Source: Anthoceros angustus (Eukaryota > Plantae > Anthocerotophyta). Taken from it: a stretch of 64,000 nt of DNA. Below, in pieces: positions 1 to 8,721 of this stretch. A program made the translations under genes and the position numbers. Each line of letters starts with the position of its first letter. Position 1 is the stretch's first letter. The notes under the pieces were generated by a model, which did not search any database, had not been told where the DNA came from, and saw only the letters and a list, made by a program, of their open reading frames with translations. Location: the NCBI GenBank assembly GCA_010909165.1, contig MU008186.1:757002-821001 (forward strand). The letters are read 5' to 3'.

Positions 1-350
1 GGCGATCCGGCCTGCAGCCCAGGCGAATCATGGGCGTAGTCAGCTCACGCAAATCCACATTGAGGAGGCCCGCGCGAAGCCATTCCCATCAAGCACCTTC
101 TTTCCCGATGGGTGCGTGCCGAACTGCTCCGTCCATCGACCTCAGTTGTCAATGGAGCTCCCTTGAAGATTTCTTCCCATCCTGAGGAGGGCTCCGTTGC
201 TGGGGTCAACCCTAATTCCTCCGGGGCCTATTCATCATCTGCATCCAGGTCAGCAAAATTGTCCTCTTCGGACCACGCCTCTTCCTCTGCCTAATCGATC
301 TGCCGCTTGGCCTTCATTTTGTTGCTTTTTCTGCGGTAGCGAGTGTAACC
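1..350 (-). pseudogene. Fragment of a further gypsy accessory-gene copy (acidic/basic middle region)
   Basis: 1-350 aligns by eye with 2380-2690 (e.g. ctcacgcaaatccac, tcttcccatc, cttcctcggacc.cgcctcttc), which lies inside cassette A. Confidence 0.5.
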
Positions 351-943
351 TTGTGCCCGAGGGACAGTGAGGTCCACATTTACCCTCAATGTCGTTGTAG
401 TCTTGGGATTCGCTCCCAAGGGAATGGTTTGTGAGGCTAACTTCTATCTACTCTTGACCTTCACCTAAGTCGGACTTTTCACCTATTCCTCCTCTTACTA
501 TCTATTCATCTACTACTACCTCCCCCAGACTACTCCCGACCACGGATCTTATTCCCCAAATCTTGCTACTACCGCGGTGGCTCTTACCACTCTGGGTAGT
601 TGCTTGACCACCGAGGTGGGTCCCACAAACCCTAGCGACTTATTTAGGCGCATGGCGCGCGGATCTGCCACAGGCGTATCTCACCCGTCGGACTTTATTT
701 GGCACTCCACACTTCATGCACACACACCTGGGGACTAGGCTCCCACAATCCCTCTCACGCACACACACACAGGCGCCTTCACACAATTCGGAAGATCCCT
801 CTTGTGCTCACTTCCACGGCACCGGTTTGGATTTCTTTTGCGCAATTCCCTTTAGTCCTCAATTAGTTTTCCTTCCCAACTTCACCACCTTCACCTCGCG
901 CCAGCGTCTGCTCACTCTTCCTTCTCCTCCCAATTGCTTCTCA

Positions 944-962
944 CTCTCTCTCTCTCTCTCTC
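944..962. repeat. (CT)n microsatellite
   Basis: Uninterrupted ctctct run. Confidence 0.9.
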
Positions 963-1499
963 GACACGCCTCGGGCTTCATCCACACACTCAACATACCT
1001 CTTAATTTGAACACACTGAGGAAAAGGGGAGGAAGAACCGGGCGTCCAGGCAGGCGTTACGAGCAAGCTCGACCCGCCCAGCGCCAATCCCTCGTTTCCC
1101 TCCTTGTCGGCGGGCTCCTCACCCCTCTCCCGTGCGAGCAAGCTCTCGACCACCCCTAGGGCGTCTCGCACCCGCCTCTCAATCGGACGTCTCCAACCAG
1201 CCACAGGCGTGGGGATCTCAACCGAGATCTTCGTGAGGCATAGTCGCCCCTCTTATACATCATGGCGCCATGCCCCGGATTTTAGGTCCCAAGATGGCTA
1301 TCATGAAGGGCGCCCACAATTCGGGCGATCTAGGTCGGTCGACATCCTAACCAAATTATCCTTAGGATGCTATCCTATCGCCTCGCTATCTGCGCGCCCT
1401 CCTCGACTTGGCGCTGGCCCGCCCGTCCTCCATTGCCGCCACGAGCCCTCCTGCCTTGTGATCGGGGTTTCCCACAATACTTCCACCTCACATCGCTGG

Positions 1500-3470
1500 G
1501 CGTCCTAATTTGAGGTACACCGCCTGGAGCTTCGCATCTTCGGCCGCCTATTCTTGAGGATTATTACGGTTCCTCGTCCACCCAAGCTGGACCTCCTCCT
1601 CACTTAACTCCTCCAAAGTCGCCTCCGCATAATAGGGGCCAACCCCACACTGGGCGATGGTAGAAGTATGCACTTGGTCCTCACTTGCGATGGGTAGGCC
1701 CACAGTCCCTCCTATTTCCACCATGGGCCGGTGAAGTTAAGCCGCGTTCCCCATTCACATATAGACCGAGAACATAAGTTTCCTCATCCATGTGCCGCAA
1801 CATAATAGGACCTCCTGTGGTGAGGTGCTTACCCCTCCTCCGTGGGCTACACACAGTTGCTGGTCCATGTCTCGCGCGGTGCGCGTCGCATCTGTCACTC
1901 CGCTCATGGCCTTGAGTTGGGCTTGCCAATGCGATGGCTTCCACTGCGGTGGTGGACTCCGGCGTCGTTCGCAACCACGGTAGGTGTTTGGCTACGGTTC
2001 TTTGCTTCCTTCGCCGGTAGTTCCTTCCACTACGGTCGTGGTCCGCTACCTCGCTTCCCTTCCCTTATCCTTTACGGCTCACGTGCCTCATCCGCTCCGT
2101 TTATTTCGCGACTTCTCCAGGCCGCCTCTTGCTCTGGGCTAACAACTCCCCCATCTCTGGTTTGTCTCGTGGGCATCCTTAATTTGAGCCATGGCGCTTC
2201 CTGCTTCGGGCATAACTTCTCACAGGCCTGCACAAATCCTCGAATCTTGGCCCTTATTTCCTCTAGGTTCGCTTGTCTTCCTCCGGTTGCTTGCGCTTGG
2301 CCTCCTCTTCGTCAAACTGGCCTTCACCACTTCCTCCGTCGCCCTTGCACCGGTGCCATGCTAAAGGCCGCTTGATCTAACAAATCCGGGGCCGGATCGC
2401 CGATGTGGTCGGCTCACGCAAATCCACTGTTGTGGCGGCCCGCGACGCCATCCCCACAGCCGAGCACTTTCCCGGCAAGGTGCGCACCCTCACCAATTGG
2501 TTGCATCCACATTGCGGTGGAGTCCTTGAAAATCTCTTCCCATCTTTGAGGAGGTCCGCTTCGAGGTCAGCCTAATCTCTCCGGGGTGGGTTCATCATAC
2601 ATCGGTGACTGCTGGTCTTCCTCGGACCGCGCCTCTTCTTCCGCCACCTCAACGCCGATTGGCCTTCACTTTTCTGCGTGTAGCATATCGCCAGTGACCG
2701 CGTCCACCTTCACCTTTTTAGCCGTTTGCCACCCCGGTCTTCCTCTTCTTCTTTGGTGAAATTTCCTTCTCTTCCTCGAGGCTGCCACGGACTCCCGGTG
2801 TCGATTCCTCCTCGATTTCCTCCTTGGGCTCCTCACTTCCACTTCACCTCCCTAAGCTTCCACATGAAGGGAGGCCACAATTCTACCTGGCGGTTAGCAT
2901 GCGCATAAAGATGGACCGAAAAATTGAAATTGGGGAGGGCGAGGGGTAGAGAATCAGTTCAACCTCTCTTCCACACAACATCGAGAAAATCCGTCCCCAA
3001 TTGATTTTCGCCCCCAGCAACTTCATGGAGGAACAACGTGACAGAGTGGTCGGACAAATAATAATCCACTTCTTGTCTTGTAGAAAACATAGGAGCCATC
3101 GGCAAACCCATCAAGCGTGTTTGTTGCCAATTAGCGTCGGCCGGTTGGGTTCCGGATTCGCCCGCCTTAACCGGGCGGCTGCTTCTTCTTGCTCCTTTTC
3201 GAGAAGGTTCCATCACCGGACCACACCTCCCTTGCTTCCGCCCATACACCCTCCTAACCAATTCCAGTCCCAATCACGAGGGCTCTAATCCCCTCGCCCG
3301 ATTGCTTGCCTTTCAGATGGCGAGCGCACTCCTGTACCAGTCCCAGGTTCACGTAATTCCAGCGCTTCTCCATGAAGCCAAGCCCCAGCTCTTTGACCAA
3401 TTCCCCAGCTCGGACCTTCCAATGATCCATGTTTGGCCATTGGGCAATTCATTGTGCCTTTAGGCGCCAT
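1500..3470 (-). pseudogene. Cassette A: gypsy accessory protein (Athila-type putative plant transposon protein-like), frameshifted, with a basic/acidic and coiled-coil-like tail
   Basis: ATG GCG CCT AAA at 3470. Joined frames give ELVKELGLGFMEKRWNYVNLGLVQECARHL, later LFLHEVAGG and RSPRRKSRRNRHRES. Homologous to the copies at 4945, 6824, 43236 and 56832. The 3' limit is uncertain. Confidence 0.55.
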
Positions 3471-3699
3471 CCCTCTGGAGTTCCCAGCGCTGGAATGGTG
3501 TAGTCTTGCCTTGAAATTCCTAGCAGGTTCAGCCGTCCAGTGTTCCTTCCTTCTCAACAACCCGCGCCGCCAGCAGCGCCGCCCTCCTTCTACGCCGGGA
3601 TTCGCGATCTCACTGGTGAGGGTTTGAGGCTGCCCTCCTCCGCGATTGCGCCCTCTCGCTCTCCAGCAGATCGCGGTATCCCCCCGGGTGCAGCTCCTC

Positions 3700-4140
3700 G
3701 ACGTCCTCGCGCTCCAGCCGCCGTTGCGCTCCGCCGTTTGAACGCGTTTAAGGGTCACTTTCCCCCAATTTCCTTAGGGTTAAGTTCCCGGGTTCCCTAC
3801 TGTCTTCTGACCCCTCTCGGCCTCCACACCCCATCCACAACCCCACCCTTTCAACTCGGGTTGGTCGACCTCTAACTATAGTACCCTAATTATTCCAACC
3901 CCTACCTCACATATATAGACTTTTTAGAGGATACCCCAAGTCCATGGGCCAAGGAACATCGAGTACCCGGACCACTTATTATCTAATCTAAGAAAAAACA
4001 AAAAAAACCCCATAGGCCAAGGTCATTTCTACTATAAATACCTTTGCCTACTGTCAACCTGACTTATTTTCACACCACTCTTAACCAAAAAAACAAAAAA
4101 AACACTTCAAGCACATTTCAACGGGAGTTTCCAAGTCGGA
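3700..4140 (-). promoter_or_regulatory. Spacer S1: T-rich 3' region followed by a TATA-box promoter (minus strand)
   Basis: On minus: TTTTTTTGTTTTTT tracts, then AAAAAGTCTATATATGTGAGG (3906-3926), upstream of the cassette A ATG. Repeated at 5150-5530 and 17750-18225. Confidence 0.6.
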
Positions 4141-4945
4141 TCGTTTGGCCCCGATCTGGTGATGCGATCCACCCTTCCTTCGCCGTTGAGGTCCTTTGCC
4201 TCCCGGCCTTTCTCTTCTTGCTTGTGCAGCTCCTTTTCCTCTTACAGGCGCCGTCGCCCACGGACTCCCGGTTGTCGATCCTTCCTATCTCCTCCTTGAG
4301 CTCTTTTCCACTTCACCTCCCTAAGCGGCTTCCCATGTGGAGGAGGCCCTGTTCATCTCCCGTGAGGCAGTTAGAGTGCGCATCTGGTGAGATGGCGAAA
4401 TTAGAGAGGACGAGGGAAGAGGATCGATTCAACCTCTCCTCACATGACTTGTCAAAAGAATCCGTGATCAATCCTTGTACCCTTGACAACTTCATGGAGA
4501 AAAAGCAGCAAATGGTCAGACAAATAATCCTGCTTCTTATGCTGTAGGAAGCAAAGAAGCCATCTGGCCAGACCCATCAGTTGTGCGGATACCAATTCTC
4601 GGGTCAACCAACCATTAGGTTCCCGAAATTACGCCCGTCTTGACCAGAGCCGCTGCTGCCGCTGTTGTGCTCCTCTTCCGAGAGGGTTCAATCACCAATC
4701 CACCTGCTTCCTCCTTGCTGCGCCCATACACTTCCCTGACCAATTCGATGTCCCAATCACGAGGCTTCGCTCTAATCCCCCGATTGCTTGTCCTTCGGAT
4801 GGCGGCGCACTCTACACCGTCCAAGTTCATGTAATTCGCTTCTCCATGAAGCCGGCCCCAACTCCTTCACCAATTCCATCGGACTTTCCAATGATCCATG
4901 TTTGGCCATTGGGCAAGCAATTTCATTTGTGACCTTGGGCGCCAT
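4130..4945 (-). pseudogene. Cassette B: short accessory-protein copy (~270 codons, frameshifted)
   Basis: ATG GCG CCC AAG at 4945. Frames give QWPNMDHWKVRW, LEPSLVIGTSNW-type and FLHEVVKGTRIDHG segments. Ends at spacer S1. Confidence 0.55.
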
Positions 4946-5149
4946 CCCTCTGGTTCCGCCTCGCGCCAATGGTGACGCCGAATTTCTGGTCGGTCTCGGG
5001 TTCCTACCTCCTCAACAAGGCGCCGCCGCGCGCCCGCCTTCCTCTCGCGGGATGCTCGCGGTGAGGTTGAGCTGCCCTCCTCGCGTTGCGCCTCTCGCTC
5101 CTGCGGTCGCGGTATCCCGTGCCTCGGCGTCCTCGCGCTCCGGCCGCCC

Positions 5150-5530
5150 GTTGCTCCGCGTTGAGCGTTTGGACTTTCATTTCCTAGGGTTAAGTTCCCG
5201 GGTTCCCTCTTCTGACCCTCTCGACCTTCCCCTCCCAATCCACAACCCTCATTCAACTCTGGCGGTTGGTCGACCTCTAGACCTATCACCCTAATTATCC
5301 CAACCTACCTCACATATATAGACTTTTTAGTGGACATCCAAGTCCATGGGCCAAGGAACATCGATCCGGACCATTTATTATCTAATCTAAGAAAAACAAA
5401 AAAAAAACCATAGGCCAAGGTCATTTCTACTATAAATACCTTTGCCTCATCAACGACTTATTTTCACCACTCTTAACCAAAAACAAAAAAACACTTCAAG
5501 CACATTTCAACAGGGAGTTTCCAAGTCCAG
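5150..5530 (-). promoter_or_regulatory. Spacer S2 (copy of S1)
   Basis: Near-identical blocks to S1, including catatatagacttttt (5313-5328) and the A-tracts. Confidence 0.6.
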
Positions 5531-6824
5531 ATCGTTTACATGGCCCCGCCCGGATCTACCGGTGATGTAACGTCCACCCTTCCTTCTTGGGTGAGTCACT
5601 TTTGCCTCCCGGCCTTTCTCTTCTTGCTTGTGGCAAGCTCCTTTTCCTCTTACGAGCGCCCGTCGCCCAGACTCCCGGTTGTGGATCCTTCCTCTATCTC
5701 CTCCTTGAGCTCTTGGCTTTCCACTTCCTCTAAGCGGCTTCCACATGTGGAAGGCCTCCAATGTCTCCATCTCCGGGGCAGTTAGAGTGCGCATCTGGTG
5801 AGCAGGAATGGCGGGAAATTAGAAGGAGACGAGGGAAGAGATCGATTCACCTCTCCTCCACCTAGTGACTCCGATGTGCATATGTGTGAGATGCGCTTTT
5901 TCCATTCGCCTTGTCTTCATCCCCATGCGCACCGTCCCTTCCCCTCTTACGCATACTCTTCTCCGTCCCCTCGTCCTCCAAGCACCTCGTCCTCGGAATT
6001 TGTGTCCTCGTATGTGTCATCCCCATCCGGCTCTTCCCCACCGTCTTCATCCTCATCAGCACCAACATCCGAATCGAATTAATTCCACGAATTGCGTTTG
6101 GCCTCAAGGGTTTTGGCATCGCGTTGAGCCCTTATTATGACCCGCAGATCTTTGAAAGTCGCACGTGGTTCTCCCGCTTCATCACATCCCACGGTTCATG
6201 CATTTTCGCTAGTGGCGAGTGCACCAAATTCGCATTCTTCGTCGGTTGGGGCTCTCCCATACTTTTCTTGGAACTTGAACTCCCAGGCGTCAGCCCCATG
6301 GGTTTTGGCCCTTGTCCATTGGATTTCTCCAATCTCGCCTTTCTTTGAAGCGATGCCTTGAGCGTTCCGTGTTGTCGAGTTCAACTCGTGCCCATGTGAC
6401 AATATCCCTCCACACCTTTTCATCCGCCATGAGGTTTCAAAGCTGACTTTTTTTCCCTACTCTCTTCTCCGCTAAGGCGTATGCCTTTCGCCTCCACATA
6501 TCTGTTCGCGTTGGTGTCTTGACTAAACTCCGACCTAATCATGGACTTCACGAGATCGAACCGTGAAGCCACTTCACGCAGTTCCTTCCTCCTTGCTGCG
6601 CCATACACTTCCGACCAATTCGATGTCCCAATCACGAGGCTTGGCTCTAATTCCTTCGCTGGTTGCTTGTCCTTGGTGGCGAGCACACTCTGCACGGTCG
6701 GGCTCACATAATTCCATCGCTTCTCCATGAAGCCAAGCCCCCTCCTTCACCAATTCCCGACTCGGACCTTCGTGGTCCATATTCGGCTGGCGGTCCTAAT
6801 TCTCTTTTCGGCCTTGGGCGCCAT
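5520..6824 (-). pseudogene. Cassette C: accessory-protein copy interrupted by a CACTA-derived fragment
   Basis: ATG GCG CCC AAG at 6824, then MEKRWNYVSPTVQSVLATKDKQPAKELEPSLVIGTSNWSEVYG. The C-terminal part resumes at ~5830-5520 and matches 4200-4450. Confidence 0.55.
5830..6560 (-). pseudogene. CACTA TnpA-like (Ptta/En/Spm-type) fragment outside the TIR-bounded element
   Basis: 5850-6350 matches 7697-8190 closely. Translation contains WEFKFQEKYGRAPTDEECEFG followed by an acidic tail. Confidence 0.5.
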
Positions 6825-6839
6825 GCTCCTGACAACCTC

Positions 6840-6868
6840 CACTACTAAGCGAGGTGTCCATGTTATGG
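6840..6868 (+). repeat. CACTA left terminal inverted repeat
   Basis: Starts CACTA and is imperfectly complementary to 17423-17453. Confidence 0.85.
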
Positions 6869-7689
6869 TGTTTTATAACGGGATTCGGGGTTTTTAACGT
6901 TATGCGGTTTTGTAACATGGATTAGGCCGTGTCCGGGCCTCGGATCATTACAAAACCTGTAACATGAAGGTCGTGACAACAAAATTTGTTACACACTTTT
7001 GGGCCCGGTTTGTGAGTCGGTCGGTTCCGCCTTGTCGAGTTTGTGGCCTTCCGGTCCACGCATTAATTACCATCGGGTTTTGTTTTCAATTGATGGAATT
7101 GGGAATAGTTTTGACACACGGCAATTTATTGCCGCACATCCTTACATGCGAGCGAGAAAACCGATGGACTCGCCATCGGCGTTACCGGACTACGGTTTTC
7201 CATTCTGTTATCCGCATGCCACCCGTTCTCATTCCAATTGCATGGGGCGCGGGGGCAAGTGTTACACGCGTTTCCTTTACTCCTCTTCGTTACAACCGGC
7301 TTTGCACGCGCGTGGGAAGGCAAGTTTCATACATGAATCTCATCGTTCACAATGCAATCGCAACAAAGCCGCCAAACACGCCGTCATCGGCTTGCCCTTT
7401 CCATCGTTGGTTCTCTTGACGGATGGTTGCAGGCCCTCCACATTGACGTCCATGACCGGTTGTGCGCATGAGAAGAAACATTAGTGCAACTAACGGGCAG
7501 CCCAAACCTCATGAGTCCATCAAGATCGTCTCACCCACGGATTTCGCGCTCTCTCCTTCCCCTTGACGCCGAGGCCTTTGTCTTCACCGCCACGCCGGGC
7601 CCTCGTCATTCACGCCAAGACGTGGCCACCTGCCCGCCTTTCTGTCGCTCGAGCAGTATACACTTCCTCGAAATCGGGTTGTGCGCCCG

Positions 7690-8330
7690 ATGCCCCTCCA
7701 CCTAGTGACTCCGATGTGCATATGTGTGAGATGATGCTTTTTCCGCTGCGTTGTCTTCATCCCCATGCTGCCCTTCCCCTCTTACGCATACTCTTCTCCG
7801 TCCCTCGTCCTCCCGGCACCTCGTCCTCGGAATTTGTGTCCTCGTATGTGTCATCCCCATCCTCTTCCCCGTCTTCATCCTCATCAGCACCAACATCCGA
7901 ATCGGAATTAATTCACGCACACTTACAGTGCGTTTGGCCTCAAGGGTTTTGGCATCGCGTTGAGCCCTTATTATGACCGCAGATCTTTCGAGAAAATCGC
8001 ACGGTGGTTCTCCTTCATCACATCCACAGTTCATGCATTTTCGCTAGTGGCGGAGTGCACCAAATTCGCATTCTTGTCGGTTGGGGCTCTCCCATACTTT
8101 TCTTGGAACTTGAACTCCCAGCCCCACGCCCCATGGGTTTGGCCTTGTCCATTGGATTTCTCCAATCTCGCCTTTGTGCAGCGATGCCTTCTCCTTCAAA
8201 TTCACCTCCGCCCGATCGTGCGGACCTACGGACCTTCATCTCGCCTCCACGACAATGTCCTAGGGTATGGATGTGCGGGTTCACATCCTCCGCCCTCCCT
8301 TGAACGCGCCACTTTTGGTGTCCGTTCGGT
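7690..8330 (-). pseudogene. CACTA TnpA-like C-terminal coding remnant
   Basis: Same EKYGRAPT-type and acidic-tail frames as 5830-6350, with frameshifts. Confidence 0.5.
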
Positions 8331-8519
8331 CACCATGCGCATCGTGCGAGAAAGAGATGACTCGTTCGCATCTCCATCCATAGGCCCTCACCATTTATAG
8401 ACCGGTCGTCCTTGGGTGTCGGGCATAATGCAGTAGCATTGTCCACGTTTAATTCTGGATATTAATATATACCATTCTCCAAGGTCAAATTTATGCGGCA
8501 TCATTGGTTTGCCAAGGAT

Positions 8520-8579
8520 CATGTCGGTTCCGTGCCTACATATGTCACATGTCGGTTCCGTGCCTACATATGTCACATG
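8520..8579. repeat. 28-bp tandem repeat, two units
   Basis: catgtcggttccgtgcctacatatgtca twice, followed by catg. Confidence 0.9.
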
Positions 8580-8687
8580 ACCACATGTCTGTATGTGGAA
8601 AATGTCCATATTTTCCGCATACATGCGCGCCAGCATTTATAGGCCGGTCGTCCTTGGGTGTCGGGAATAATTAAGTACCATTAGTCG

Positions 8688-8721
8688 GTGTATTAATACA
8701 TTATTGAATGTATTAATACAC
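8688..8721. repeat. Perfect 15-bp inverted repeat with a 4-nt loop
   Basis: gtgtattaatacatt-attg-aatgtattaatacac. An identical copy lies at 10785-10818. Confidence 0.95.

Noticed and set aside
3770-3785. TTAGGGTT as telomeric repeat
   Set aside because: Single units only, no array. Noted only as a telo-box-like motif.
3700-5530. Spacers S1/S2 as the two LTRs of a small retroelement
   Set aside because: No TG..CA ends, PBS, PPT or TSD, and the terminator-like tract precedes the TATA box, the reverse of LTR order.
3468-6824. ORFs beginning MAPK as MAP kinases
   Set aside because: Coincidental N-terminal residues; no kinase motifs.
8520-8579. Direct repeats as a CRISPR array
   Set aside because: Two abutting units, no spacers, no cas genes, eukaryotic context.
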